From the IMG/VR virus record IMGVR_UViG_3300042330_000238, positions 1-59,463 of that record: a stretch of DNA of 59,463 bases; one strand, written 5' to 3'. Shown here in pieces: positions 35,080 through 47,400 of this stretch (positions within the stretch are counted from its first letter, which is position 1; each line of letters starts with the position of its first letter). This stretch comes from a virus. Lineage: Duplodnaviria > Caudoviricetes. A program made the position numbers and the translations under genes. The notes beneath the pieces are model-generated. The model was not told where the DNA came from and searched no databases. It worked only from the letters and a program-made list of their open reading frames with translations.

Positions 35080-38000
35080 ATGAATAAAACAGTTGTAATG
35101 ACTTATGATGGTATGAACCAAGATATAAGTCAATCTAAATTTTCAAATCAATTTTATTTTGAAGGTAAAAATATAAGAATATTGTCAACAGATTCTCAAA
35201 GTTCTAATTCTGTAACAAATGATAAAGGTAATAAGTTAGTTTTAACTGTACCTACACCTGTTATAAATTATACAACTAAAAGAATTACATATGGACAATT
35301 TGGTTCAAATGTTTTAAGTTATACTACAAATGATATTAATAATACGTATAATAGTACAGGACAACCTTCAACACAATTAATTATTGGTAATACAATAGGT
35401 AAAAAAAATATAATATTATTTACTACAGATAATAATGGATTTGACTGTATTTGGAAAGTAGATATTAAAACATATTCAATTACATTATTATATTTACGAA
35501 ATCTTAATTTTAACATTAATAATCCAATACAAGCTTTAATAAATTATGAAAATAATAATATTGAAAAAGTTTACTGGGTAGACGGTGTTAATCAAATGAG
35601 ATTTATAAATATTCATCATTCAATACTTAACGGTGACAATGATGAATTAATTGATATAGAATCAAGTTTAATTAATGTTGTAGGTAATTTTAAATTTAGT
35701 CAACCTCAAATTATTACTAAAGAACAAGGTGGTACGCACACTGCAGGGATGATTCAATACGCATATACATTATATCGTATAAACGGTGCTTCTACTAAAT
35801 TAAGTCCTTTAAGTGATTTAATATCTTTAGATAATGGTGAGCAAGGTGGTGGTAATATTAATGATAGTGTTTCATCTTATCCTGTAATTAAAATACCTTT
35901 TATTGATACAGATTACACTAATTTAAAATTATATTCAATTAAATATACTTCATATAATGAAATTCCTGAAGTTAGATTAATTTTAGATAAAAACATTCAA
36001 GGTCTTTCTGAATTAATTCATTATGACACAGGTTCTATAATCAATACTATTTCTTTAGATGAATTTACATTTTTAGGTAATAATGCAATATATATACCTA
36101 AACATATCAATACTAAATTCAATAGATTATTTTCTGCAAATTTTGAAGAAAAGAATTTTAATGTAGAATTAGATACTCGTGCATACAGTTTTGGACAAAA
36201 TCAAACATCTGTATATTTACATGAAGAACTTACTTATGATTCAATAGATGATTTAATTGAAGGTGATAATAATTTTTTAGTTAATTTATCTACTATTAAT
36301 AATGTACCTGAAAAACATAACTGTTTAAATAAAGATTTTGACACTTATAAATATCAATACAATAGTAATATTTTAGGTGGTACGGGAAGATATTTAAATT
36401 GGGGACTATTTAGATCTGAAGTAGGTGTAGGTACAGATAATATTACTAAAACACAATCTGAAGGTAAGTTTTTTAAAGATCGAGAAATTTATAGATTAGG
36501 AATACAATTCTATAATAGAAAAGCTCAAATTTCTTTACCTAAATGGATTACAGATTTTAAAACAAATGTATCAGGAGAACAAAGTAATTTAAATGGATTT
36601 TACGCAACATTAAAAATAAAATTTAATTCTGATTTTTTTACATGGTTAAATACAAGTTCTAACTTTTTAAATGATAATGGTATTTATGATGAAGATTTAA
36701 AACCTGTAGGATTTAAATTATTAAGAGCTGAAAGAACATTAAATGATAGAAGTATTATTTGTCAAGGTTTAGTTAATGGTTCATATGTTATAAAAAATAC
36801 TTCAGAAGATTCTTTTGGAAATTTTATTCCTGATACAGAACTTGACGAAAGAAGAAAATATAATTCACAACCAAAATTACCTTCATTAATGCGACCTTTT
36901 GATGGTTCAATTGCACCATTAAAAGGAATGTTTAATTATGCAAGAGTAGATGATAATGATAATAAACATCCTTCTACAACTGCATTTTGTTATAGAGTTC
37001 GTGATAGGGAAGCTGTTTTTCCATATGATTATATTGTTCCTCCACAATATACTACAATTTGTAATCCAACAGGACTTGTAGGACAAAGAGGTAATGGTGA
37101 AGCTGAAATATACAATGCTGTATCTTCAGCAGATAAAAGAAGTATGGTTTATCAGTTTAACCAATTAATGCAATTATACTCACCTGAAATAACATTTAAT
37201 CAAATACAAAAATTAGATAATACTGTTTTAACAACAGTTGCTTTAATTAAAAATGATTACAATGCTTTTTGGGGTAAAATGATTGATACTAATACAAGAA
37301 CAGTAGATACAGAAGGTAAAATATTTGGTGAAATTTCTCCTTATTCTTCTACATTTAATATTACTTCGGAAAATCCTGACAGCACACCAATTCAAGATCC
37401 ACCAAGTGAAACAGAATATCAGACATATGTAGATGGATTAGTTGCTGACCATAATACTACTTATGGTATTTATGCTTCAGAAGTTCCTTTATATATACCG
37501 ACATATGAAGAATACTCTGCAAGTTTATTACCAAGTATTGCAGATAATGAAGAAGGATTATTTCCTATTTCAGGAGACATAAAAGCATTTGCTTCTTGGG
37601 GATTAATTGGACCTCAAGGTGTTGGTAAAAGATATAGAGCAGCATCATATCAACCACAATATCAATTTTACAGAAGATATATAGGTGATATATTATATCA
37701 AAGTAATAATGTATTATATAATATATATGGAAATCCTTTAATAATAGAAACAGGTGCTAATAGAACTATTTATAATAGAGATTCTGATTTAGCTTTTTAT
37801 AATACATATAGTATTATGAATACTGATACAGGTGAAGAAAGTGATAATAGTCCTAATTGGAGAGTAAGTGAAATTAATTCTTGGGGTGCTAGATGTGGTT
37901 TAATTGTATTAGGAGATTCTTCTGAAGAAACAATTGAACGAAAAAATCTTCAAAATTTATTTTCTGAGTTAACAGGAGAAACTACTTTTGATCCACTAAA

Positions 38001-39510
38001 AGATATTTTACCAGATAATATAGGTAAATCAGGAATTATTTCAGAATTAATACTCAATAAATCTTCAATTTATTTAGGTTTATTATATGGTGGTAATGAT
38101 TACGAATCTCGTAAAAGAACTAATTATATTGAAATTGGTGAATATAGAAATTTAGTACCTAATATTTCTTTAGAATTAGAATATCATTGTAAAAATGGTG
38201 GAGATACATTTGTTAGTAATTTTAAATTTACTAAAATTGTAAAAACAAATACTGAAGTATATAGTTTAACAATACCTCAATTTACAGAAATTGTTGAAGT
38301 AAAATTAGAAAGTACTGTAGATAATAAAAATAGAAGTGATTATTCAATTGAAGATTGGGATAGTAGATTTCAACCTAAATATGAAGAATATCAAAATTAT
38401 AATAAAGTTTATTCACAAGAATCTAATTTCTTTGTAAGAAAAGATGTTGATTATAATTTTAAAGCTGTTTCAAAATTTGAAAACGGTATAATAAGTTCTT
38501 CAATAAAAGTACCAGGTGAAATAATTGATAGTTGGTTAACATATTTAACTAATGATGTAATGTATTTAGATGGTAAACATGGTTCTATAAATTGTTTACA
38601 TTCTTTTAAAGATGAAATATATTCATTACAAGATAGAGCTATTGCACAAATATCTATTAATCCTAGAGTACAAGTTCAAGGAAATGATGGAATTGCAATT
38701 CAATTAGGTACTGGACAAGTTTTAGATAGATATCAATATTTATCGACTATGACAGGAACATTAAATAAATGGTCTGTTGTAAATTCACCAAATGCATTTT
38801 ATTTTTATGATACATTAAATAAAACAATTAATGTTGTAAATAATGAATTATCTGATATAAAAGGAATGCATTCATATTTAATTAAAAATACAGATGTTAT
38901 TTTAGAATCAGATAATCCTTTAATTAAAGAAGGTGTTGTTAGTAATTATGATTATTTAAATAATGAAATTGTTTTTACATTTTTACAAAGTAATAAAAGT
39001 TTTACAATTGTATATAATGAGTTAAAACAAACATTTACTTCTTTTTATGATTATTTATCTAGTATGTATATTAGTTATGGAGATTTGTTTTTAGCATTAC
39101 ATCCTGATAATAATAAATTATATGAACAAGGACAAGGTGATTACAATGTATACTTTGACACATATTATCCAAGTAAAATTATATTTAATCTAAACCCTGA
39201 ACCATATTTTGATTGTGTGTTTGACAATATTAACTTTAAGTCAGAAGTATATATTAACAATGTAGATCAACCTGATTTAACACTTACAAAAATACAAGCA
39301 TACAATGATTATCAAGATTCTACATTAACACCTTTGGTTAATAGTAGAAACGGTAATTTAAGACGACGTTTTAGAGATTGGAATGCTGAGATACCAAGAC
39401 AAGGTAGAAATCGCATTAGAGGTCCTTGGATTAAGTTGTTATTACAATTTGATAACAGTCAAAATAAAAAATTAATATTGCACGATTTATTAGTACAATA
39501 TACAGTTTAA
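35080..39510 (+). CDS. Tail stabilisation/muzzle protein (P22 gp10-like)
   Basis: 1476 aa; GMNQDIS N-terminus, VYWVDG.N..RFIN, GDTF, RRRFRDW..IPR...RIRGPW. Confidence 0.85.
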   Translation: MNKTVVMTYDGMNQDISQSKFSNQFYFEGKNIRILSTDSQSSNSVTNDKGNKLVLTVPTPVINYTTKRITYGQFGSNVLSYTTNDINNTYNSTGQPSTQLIIGNTIGKKNIILFTTDNNGFDCIWKVDIKTYSITLLYLRNLNFNINNPIQALINYENNNIEKVYWVDGVNQMRFINIHHSILNGDNDELIDIESSLINVVGNFKFSQPQIITKEQGGTHTAGMIQYAYTLYRINGASTKLSPLSDLISLDNGEQGGGNINDSVSSYPVIKIPFIDTDYTNLKLYSIKYTSYNEIPEVRLILDKNIQGLSELIHYDTGSIINTISLDEFTFLGNNAIYIPKHINTKFNRLFSANFEEKNFNVELDTRAYSFGQNQTSVYLHEELTYDSIDDLIEGDNNFLVNLSTINNVPEKHNCLNKDFDTYKYQYNSNILGGTGRYLNWGLFRSEVGVGTDNITKTQSEGKFFKDREIYRLGIQFYNRKAQISLPKWITDFKTNVSGEQSNLNGFYATLKIKFNSDFFTWLNTSSNFLNDNGIYDEDLKPVGFKLLRAERTLNDRSIICQGLVNGSYVIKNTSEDSFGNFIPDTELDERRKYNSQPKLPSLMRPFDGSIAPLKGMFNYARVDDNDNKHPSTTAFCYRVRDREAVFPYDYIVPPQYTTICNPTGLVGQRGNGEAEIYNAVSSADKRSMVYQFNQLMQLYSPEITFNQIQKLDNTVLTTVALIKNDYNAFWGKMIDTNTRTVDTEGKIFGEISPYSSTFNITSENPDSTPIQDPPSETEYQTYVDGLVADHNTTYGIYASEVPLYIPTYEEYSASLLPSIADNEEGLFPISGDIKAFASWGLIGPQGVGKRYRAASYQPQYQFYRRYIGDILYQSNNVLYNIYGNPLIIETGANRTIYNRDSDLAFYNTYSIMNTDTGEESDNSPNWRVSEINSWGARCGLIVLGDSSEETIERKNLQNLFSELTGETTFDPLKDILPDNIGKSGIISELILNKSSIYLGLLYGGNDYESRKRTNYIEIGEYRNLVPNISLELEYHCKNGGDTFVSNFKFTKIVKTNTEVYSLTIPQFTEIVEVKLESTVDNKNRSDYSIEDWDSRFQPKYEEYQNYNKVYSQESNFFVRKDVDYNFKAVSKFENGIISSSIKVPGEIIDSWLTYLTNDVMYLDGKHGSINCLHSFKDEIYSLQDRAIAQISINPRVQVQGNDGIAIQLGTGQVLDRYQYLSTMTGTLNKWSVVNSPNAFYFYDTLNKTINVVNNELSDIKGMHSYLIKNTDVILESDNPLIKEGVVSNYDYLNNEIVFTFLQSNKSFTIVYNELKQTFTSFYDYLSSMYISYGDLFLALHPDNNKLYEQGQGDYNVYFDTYYPSKIIFNLNPEPYFDCVFDNINFKSEVYINNVDQPDLTLTKIQAYNDYQDSTLTPLVNSRNGNLRRRFRDWNAEIPRQGRNRIRGPWIKLLLQFDNSQNKKLILHDLLVQYTV

Positions 39511-39518
39511 AAATAATT

Positions 39519-39564
39519 AAGTATAGGTCATATTTTTGTAAAGTATGGTCTATACTTTTTTTTT
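39519..39564 (+). terminator. Intrinsic terminator
   Basis: AAGTATAGGTCATA/TATGGTCTATACTT plus T tract. Confidence 0.8.
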
Positions 39565-39586
39565 ATATAAAATATATATAAAAATA

Positions 39587-39618
39587 TTTGGAATTTTAAT
39601 AAAAAAAGGTTATCTTTG
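39587..39618 (+). promoter_or_regulatory. Bacteroidota sigma-A-type promoter
   Basis: TTTG-N20-TATCTTTG. Confidence 0.8.
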
Positions 39619-39647
39619 CATTTTTAATGCAAAACTAAATAATTTAT

Positions 39648-40304
39648 ATGATAGGAATTTATAAAATTACAAGTCCAAGTGGAAAGATTTATATAGGACA
39701 AAGTAAAAATATTGAAAAAAGATTTAAAGCATATTATAGAAAATTAGGTAAAAATCAACCTAGATTATATAGATCTTTTAAAAAGTATGGAATAAAACAA
39801 CATAATTTTGAAATACAAGAAAAATGTTCATTTAAACAACTTAATGAAAAAGAACGTTATTGGCAAGAGTATTATAATGTAATTAATGAAAATGGATTAA
39901 ATTGTGTTTATACTGAAATAGACAATAAACCAAGAATTATAAGTAGTGAAACTCTTAAAAAATTAAAAGAAAATTCTAGTAGATATTGGCTAGGTAAAAA
40001 ATTTACAAAAGAACATTGTGAAAACATGAGCATTTCTAGATTAGGTAAACCTGGAAAACCTTGTAGTGATAAAAATAAAAAACAACTTAGTGAACAAAGA
40101 AAAGGTGAAAATAATCCTATGTATGGTAAAAAAGGGATTCTAAATAAATGTTCAAAAAAAGTAATAAATACAGAAACAAATGAAATATATAACTCATTAA
40201 ATGAATGCTGTATAATTAACAACTTAAATCCAAAATACATGTCTAGGTATTTAAATGGTACTAGAAACAATAAAACAATTTTTAAATATTTAATAAATGA
40301 ATAA
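39648..40304 (+). CDS. Free-standing GIY-YIG homing endonuclease with NUMOD3/NUMOD1
   Basis: GIYKITSPSGKIYIGQS..I.KR; GENNPMYGK; SKKVINTETNEIYNS. Confidence 0.92.
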   Translation: MIGIYKITSPSGKIYIGQSKNIEKRFKAYYRKLGKNQPRLYRSFKKYGIKQHNFEIQEKCSFKQLNEKERYWQEYYNVINENGLNCVYTEIDNKPRIISSETLKKLKENSSRYWLGKKFTKEHCENMSISRLGKPGKPCSDKNKKQLSEQRKGENNPMYGKKGILNKCSKKVINTETNEIYNSLNECCIINNLNPKYMSRYLNGTRNNKTIFKYLINE

Positions 40305-42591
40305 TATGGAAGAACTTAATGAATTTAATACAGGAAATTCACATGAAATAAACCCGTTAGGTGGAATACCAATGGGTGTTGGTCAAAACGGGCAACAAAA
40401 TACAGTTGAAGAAGGAGAAACAATGAAAGGTGATTTTATATATAGTGATAGAATTATATTTACACCTGATGTTGTAGAACAATTTAATTTACCTAAATCT
40501 TTAACTGGTAAAACTTCAGCAGAAGCATCTAAAATAATTAATAGAAAATTTGAAGGTAGAAATGATAAAATTACAACTTCTACTAAAAAATCAATGTTAG
40601 ATAAAGTTGCTCAAGCTCAAGAAACTATTAAACAAATTCAAGCTCAAGAAATAGCTGCTGCACAACAAACAAATTCTACAGAAGTTCCAGATATGATGGA
40701 AGGTCAAATACCTCAAGGTATGGAAGAGTTTGTACCACAGCGACAAATGGAATTAGGTGGATTTACAGGTAGTCAAAGCGGATCAGGGGGAATGGGTATG
40801 GGTTCATTAGGACAAATATTTGGTTCGTTTGGTCAAGGTTTAAAAGATAATGCTCAACAAAAATATAATTCAAAATTACCTGAAGGATATGTTGATAAAA
40901 AAGATCAGCAAGATCAAATGAATAATCAGATGATTGATAAAACAAAAGACACGATAGCTCAAGCTACTGGCCCTGTTGGTCAAGTATTTAGAGGTGTTCA
41001 AAAAATGGGTCAAGGAATAGGTGATTCAATTGGAGGTGATAGTGGTGCTTTTGTAAGTGGATTGTTTTCTCCTGAAGAAGGAACTATGTCAGCTTGGACT
41101 GATGGTGATGTTAGTTTTGGAGATAAAATGTTATCTACTATTCCTGGAATAGGAGCAATTAAAGCTAATCAAAGAAAAGAAGCTAAGCTAGCTAAATTCA
41201 AACTTAATCAAGATACTTTAAGTTCTCAGATGAAAATATCTGATTTTGCATTCGGTGGTAATTTATTAGGTGAACCTACATCAGGTGGACCAATTACACC
41301 TATTAAAAAAACACCACCTCCAGTTGTTGTATCTAAAGATAACTTACAAAATTTAAACGTACAACCTCTTGAAGATAATCCTACACCTTCTACATCAAGA
41401 AATAAAAAAATGATTAATTTACAAAGTGGTGTGTTTAACGATAAGTTAGGTCATGGTTATTATTATTATTATGATAAAAAACCAGGTGATCCAGGATTTG
41501 ATGTTAAACAACATCGTGATTTTGTAACTGAAAAAAATCACTCATTAGGTCAAAGAAGTAGATTAGCAGACGGTACTGAAAACCCTTTATATAATTATGA
41601 GTTAAATAATTATCTTTCAGCAAATAAAAATTTTGCAATGGGTGGTAATATGTATGCAGGTGGTGGACCTTTTGATAAATCAATGGCTTCATATGATCCA
41701 AATAATATTAATAATACTGTACAACCAATTAACAGTGCTGTTAATGGTCTTACAAATTGGTTTAATCCTTCTTCAACATCTACTACTACAATACCAAACA
41801 ATGTTACAGCAATTTCAGCAAGAACTTTTGGTCCTCAAGGAGGTCATTCAACACAAGCTGAAATTAAAAATGTAACAGATCAAATTGGTACAGGTTTAAA
41901 CAAAGCAGGTGAATTTATTAAAGATAATAAAGGAGCTTTAAGATATGCACCAGTTGCAATGAATGCGTTTCAATTACACAAATTAAATAAAGAAGGTTAT
42001 GATACTGTAAATCCTATGATTAACAATACACGTTATAATCCACAATATATGGATGAAAAATCATTAACTAATCAAATTAATGCAGAATCTAATTATGCAG
42101 GTAATGCTTTAGTAAATGCATCAAATGGTTCAATGGGAGCGTTAAGTAATAGTATATTAGCATCTCAATTAAATAAAACTAGAGGATTATCTGATGCTTA
42201 CAGTAAAGTTGCAGATGTTAATCGTAATGAAAATAAAGCTGGACAACAATTTAATTTAAGTGTTGATGAAGCTAATATTGGAAGACGTATTGGTGCTGAA
42301 GATAGAACTGCAATGAATAAAGGGGCTTTTAAAACTGAACAATCTAAGTTACGTGGTCAAATTGGAACTGATTTAGGAGAAATTGGTAAAGAAGAAACTT
42401 ATAAAGATATGGCTAAAAAATTATATGGATATGATTTTAATGGTAAATATTATGTTGCTCCAGATGGTACTAAAAAAACAACACAAGAAATGGCAGATAT
42501 GATTGATAGTGATAAATATAATCGTCAACAAAAAAAATCACAAGTAGGTACTGCTGTTTTAAAAGGATTTAATAATAAAACAAAAGAATAA
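40297..42591 (+). CDS. Virion cargo (ejection) protein 1
   Basis: GNSHEINPLGGIPMG...VEEGET N-terminus; Q/G-rich; repeated xAxGG motifs. Confidence 0.75.
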   Translation: MNNMEELNEFNTGNSHEINPLGGIPMGVGQNGQQNTVEEGETMKGDFIYSDRIIFTPDVVEQFNLPKSLTGKTSAEASKIINRKFEGRNDKITTSTKKSMLDKVAQAQETIKQIQAQEIAAAQQTNSTEVPDMMEGQIPQGMEEFVPQRQMELGGFTGSQSGSGGMGMGSLGQIFGSFGQGLKDNAQQKYNSKLPEGYVDKKDQQDQMNNQMIDKTKDTIAQATGPVGQVFRGVQKMGQGIGDSIGGDSGAFVSGLFSPEEGTMSAWTDGDVSFGDKMLSTIPGIGAIKANQRKEAKLAKFKLNQDTLSSQMKISDFAFGGNLLGEPTSGGPITPIKKTPPPVVVSKDNLQNLNVQPLEDNPTPSTSRNKKMINLQSGVFNDKLGHGYYYYYDKKPGDPGFDVKQHRDFVTEKNHSLGQRSRLADGTENPLYNYELNNYLSANKNFAMGGNMYAGGGPFDKSMASYDPNNINNTVQPINSAVNGLTNWFNPSSTSTTTIPNNVTAISARTFGPQGGHSTQAEIKNVTDQIGTGLNKAGEFIKDNKGALRYAPVAMNAFQLHKLNKEGYDTVNPMINNTRYNPQYMDEKSLTNQINAESNYAGNALVNASNGSMGALSNSILASQLNKTRGLSDAYSKVADVNRNENKAGQQFNLSVDEANIGRRIGAEDRTAMNKGAFKTEQSKLRGQIGTDLGEIGKEETYKDMAKKLYGYDFNGKYYVAPDGTKKTTQEMADMIDSDKYNRQQKKSQVGTAVLKGFNNKTKE

Positions 42592-42593
42592 TT

Positions 42594-44492
42594 ATGGGAG
42601 TAAATAGATATACATCGTTAACACCATCACAATTTAATCCTTTATCAATGGAAGAAATCATGTTAGTTCCTGCAATGCAGAGAAAAAAACATGATGATTT
42701 ATTAGTTAAACAAGAAGGTATTCGTTCAGGATTAGCTAAAGTAGATCCTTTAGATGTACACTATGATGAAGCAATTAAATTAAAAAGTGAAATTGAAAGT
42801 GAATTAGATAATAATGCTGCAACTTTAGCTAAAACAGGTGTAAACGATCCTAATGTAACTTCTAAAATTATATCTTTAAATAGACGTTACAATGATTTAG
42901 TTGCACCTACAGGTAGAATAGGTCAAATTAATACTGCAAAACAAACATACGATAAGAAAAAAGCTTTATTTTTAGAAAATGCTACTAAACAATATGGTAG
43001 TGACAGAGCTTCACAACTATGGGAACAAAAAGTAAAAGATGAAAATACAGGTTATAAAGGATATGATGCTGAAAATAAAATTATAAATATAGGAGATTAT
43101 GGTATTGTTGCAGCAGAAGATTATGAAAAAGATTTGCAAGCTCGTAATAATATTTTAGGTAGTACAATGTCTGAAATTGAAAGTGGTGGTGGTCGTGTAG
43201 TTAAAAATGCTGATGGTAGTTATACTGCTTTTGATAGTAATAATAGACAAATGACTAAAACTAATTTAGATCAAGTTAATCAAATGACTGCAGCAATGCG
43301 TGCTAAATGGTTAACACCAGGTGGTGCGGGATATTCATTTAATCAAGAAGCAGGAATTAATCCTGAAAATTTTACAGCACAATTTCAAGGAGACATGTTA
43401 TCTCAATTGGAAACAGCTACAGGTATTTCTAACAAATATAGTTCTGAAGAAGGTGCAGCACCTATTGGAGATGGTTCAGGAACTTTAAATATGAGTGATA
43501 TTTATGGTGAAGATTATAATACTGCAGAAGTAGGTGGTAGTGCTCAAGATTATTCAGAAGTTGAAAGAATTGGTAATACTACAAATACAAAAGTTGGAGA
43601 AATAGAAGGTGACGGGTTTTCACCTGTAGATGCTGGAACAGGTGCTGTTTCAACAGAAATAAAACAAGGTGGTAAAACTTTTTCAGTTGATGATATAAAA
43701 GATCCTCGTCAAAAAGCACTATACGAAAATATGTATAAAAAATTAACAACTGAAGGAGTTGTTGGAGCAGATGGTAAAAAACATTTTATAAATGCAGATG
43801 GTCGTAAAAAAGGTAAAAATGATAAAACAAATGCTCAACTTGTTGTAAAAATGTTAAAAGAAACACCTGCTATCACATTAACAAGTAAATTAGTAACTAC
43901 TGACACAATGTTAGATAATAGTGGTTTTAGTTCTTCAATTGGTAAAACTGCAGATGAAAGAGATAAAACTATGCGTAAACAATTAAGACTTACAAATAGT
44001 GGTGCTAGAAAATTACTAGATCCTGAAACAGGTCAACCAATATCTTTTGAAGAAGCACAAGATAAATATGATTTAGACGGTGTAGATACTGTGACATATC
44101 ATGGATTTATATCTCCTTTAAATTGGGAAGAACAATCATTTAATGGTACAAATAGTAAAGCTTCACCACATGTAATTACTGTTAAAACTAAAGATGGTAC
44201 GTTTAAAGAATTTAAAACAAGTAGATTAAATAGTGATAATGTAGGTATTAATGTTGATAGACACAACGAATTACAAGAAAATTATAGAAATTGGTCAGTA
44301 AATCATAATGAATTTGTACCATTTAAATCTAAATCACCATCATTAAATAAATTAAAAGTTAAATATAATACATATAATCCTAAATATGATCCTAAAAGAG
44401 GTTCTTTACAATATGAAATAAAAGACACTAAGGGTGTTATTCATTATATGACAGAATCTGAATTTATTAATACTGTAAATGCTGTAAAATAA
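42594..44492 (+). CDS. Virion cargo/ejection protein
   Basis: 632 aa; NRY...S.F.PL..EE N-terminus; synteny. Confidence 0.65.
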   Translation: MGVNRYTSLTPSQFNPLSMEEIMLVPAMQRKKHDDLLVKQEGIRSGLAKVDPLDVHYDEAIKLKSEIESELDNNAATLAKTGVNDPNVTSKIISLNRRYNDLVAPTGRIGQINTAKQTYDKKKALFLENATKQYGSDRASQLWEQKVKDENTGYKGYDAENKIINIGDYGIVAAEDYEKDLQARNNILGSTMSEIESGGGRVVKNADGSYTAFDSNNRQMTKTNLDQVNQMTAAMRAKWLTPGGAGYSFNQEAGINPENFTAQFQGDMLSQLETATGISNKYSSEEGAAPIGDGSGTLNMSDIYGEDYNTAEVGGSAQDYSEVERIGNTTNTKVGEIEGDGFSPVDAGTGAVSTEIKQGGKTFSVDDIKDPRQKALYENMYKKLTTEGVVGADGKKHFINADGRKKGKNDKTNAQLVVKMLKETPAITLTSKLVTTDTMLDNSGFSSSIGKTADERDKTMRKQLRLTNSGARKLLDPETGQPISFEEAQDKYDLDGVDTVTYHGFISPLNWEEQSFNGTNSKASPHVITVKTKDGTFKEFKTSRLNSDNVGINVDRHNELQENYRNWSVNHNEFVPFKSKSPSLNKLKVKYNTYNPKYDPKRGSLQYEIKDTKGVIHYMTESEFINTVNAVK

Positions 44493-44494
44493 TT

Positions 44495-47400
44495 ATGGGT
44501 AAAAAACAATTTAAAAATGATCCAGTAGAACAATATGATGATTTTTTTGAAGCATTTAAAAGTTTAAATTCTCAAAATCCTATAAATAATAAACCAAAAA
44601 ATAGAGATTTAGGTGCTGCGATGGCACCTAAATTTCAAGGTTATAATACAGGTATAAATCAATCAAAATATGATTCTAATTTTAACTGGAACGCACAAGC
44701 AGATTATGAAGATATACAAGGTTCTATAAAAGAACATCGTGCTCAAACACAACCATGGTTAGATAAAGCAAGTGCTGGATTAGCTCGTGTGAGTACAAAA
44801 ATATTAGCAGAAACTGCTAAGTTACCAGGATATGTAGGAGGAGCAATAATGTCATTAGGTGCTGAAGAAGGTGAAGGATTTGAAACAGCATTTAATAATC
44901 AATGGATTAAATCAATTAATGAATTAAATGAAAAAGTAAATACTGAATATTTACCTGTATATGTTAAAAAATCAGTAGAAGAAGGAAACTTATGGGATAA
45001 TATTAGTTCTGTAGATTTTTGGGCAACCGAAGGAGCTGACGGTATTGGTTTTATTGCATCAATGTTAGTTCCTGGAGCAATATTTAAATCTTTAGGATTA
45101 GGTTCTAAAGCAATGGGTGCTACTACTAAAGGTTTAGCAATGATTAAAAATAATTCTAAACTTGCAGGTGCTGTCAGAACAATTGAAGGTTTAGGTCTTA
45201 ATGCTAAAAACTTTGATGTTGCGGGTACAGCTATTGTTAATACATATATTGAATCTGCTGCTGAAGCTGGGAATGCAATGGAAAACTTTAATAAAAATAA
45301 GGATTCTATTATAAATAGTTATTTACAACAAGGTTTATCAGTAGAAGAAGCTGAAAAACAATTTGTAGAACAAAAAGGTAGATTAGGTAGAGATATATTT
45401 GTATCTAATGTTGGTATATTAGCAATTCCCAATTTAATTCAATCTAAAATGATTTGGGGTAAAGCTGTTAATAAATTAGCTAAAGTAGATAATCCTTCAG
45501 TATTAAAAAAAATAGGTAATCGTAGTAAAGATGTTTTAGGTGCAACTGCATCTGAAGGATTTTTAGAAGAAGCAGGACAAATGACTGTTGAAAACATGTT
45601 TACTGATAAAGCTAAACGTGGAGAATTAAAAGAAGGTTTCTTTGGTACAGCTAAATCATTTAATATTAGTGAATTAGGACAAGCTTATTTGGATACTGTT
45701 TCATCTACTGAAGGTCAAAAAGCTATGTTTTTAGGAGCGTTCTTAGGTGGAGGTATGTCTGCATATAGTGGAGCTAAACAAGATATTTCAGATAGAAAGA
45801 ATTCAGCTAGTATTCAAGATTGGATTAATAGTGAAGAATTTAACTTTAACACATTATTAGAAGAAGATACTTATCTTAGAGATGAAGAAGGTAATATTCA
45901 ATATCATCCTAATAATGAACCTGTACAAGATCCTAAAAAGGTTATTAAAAGATTTGAAGCATTACAAGCAACTGAAAAATTAAATGCACAATATGAAAAA
46001 GCTGTTCAAAATGGAGACTATAAAACAGCAGAAGAAATACAAAAAATTGCAGAAACACAATTCTTATTACCGTTTGCAAGAAAAGGTGAACCAGGAATTC
46101 AAGCATTAAGAGAAAATTTAGAAGCAACTATTAAATCTGAAGATGTTCAATCTACAAATGAAAACAAACAAGCTGAATCTAAAGTTAAAGATTTAATTTC
46201 TCGTGCTGAAAAAATGCAAAAGAAATATGAAACTTATCAAGATTTTAGTAGAGATTTAATTGTGTTAAATAATGAAAATGCTACTGATGAACAAAAAATA
46301 GGTTTTTATAATTATTTAGCTGACAATTATGTTTATAAAGAAGGTTTATTATATGAATCTAAAAAACAACTTAATAAATTAAATCAACAAAAATCAGAAT
46401 TGTTATCTGAATTAGAAGATAATGTAATGATTAAAACTAATGAAATAGTTGATGAAAATACTCAAGATGATGCTTTTAAATATAAGTTTGAAGAAGATCC
46501 TCGTATTGTAAGAATTAATAAAGATATTGAAAATACTTCAAAAAAAATTAAAAGTATTAATAATAGAATTAATAATCAACTTTGGGATTCTGAAAAAGTA
46601 AATAAAATATTTGATAAATTTGTAAATCAAACAACTAAAGTTGAAAAAGCTACTTCACCAGAAGTTGAATTAGAATACGATACAATTATTTCAGATTTAG
46701 AATCAATATCTTCAAAAGAAGACTTAATAAACTATGTTAATAAACTAGATTCTAAATATACAGAAAATGATATTATTCAAAGTAAAATTGAAGATATATT
46801 TAAAGAGTTAGGTTATAAAGAATTATTACAAAAACAATTAGAACAACAACAAGCTGAAGAAAAAGATGCTGAGAAGTTTCAAGAAGATAAAGATTTTGGA
46901 ACTACTACAACACCTGAAACAACAGATAAAGTTGGTGAGAAAACAAACATACAAGGTTTAGAAACAGTTCAAACATCTAAAAATGCTGAAGTAGATAGTG
47001 ATAATAATGAATATGATCGTTCACCAAAAGAACTAGTTGTATTAGAAGAATCTACTAATCCTAGTAATGTAGATAAAAATCAAGGTTCTGCAAAAGTTCT
47101 TAGTACTAATAGAGATACAGGTGAAACCTTATTTAGTATATTAGAACCTTTTGTTCAATATGAAAAAGAATCTCGTGATAAAACTAAAGATGAAGTTACT
47201 TTTGAATTAGGAGATATTGTTTCAAATAATGTTTCTGAAATATTATTAAAATTAAAAAATGAAAATCTTACAGAATCTGAAATTAAAGAATTAGAAGAAA
47301 AGCTACCTATTAAAGTTAATTTTAAAAACGGTAATAAAAAAGTATTTTCATTTATAGAAGCATTAACTGACAATATTAGTAAAAATCCTGATTCACTAAA

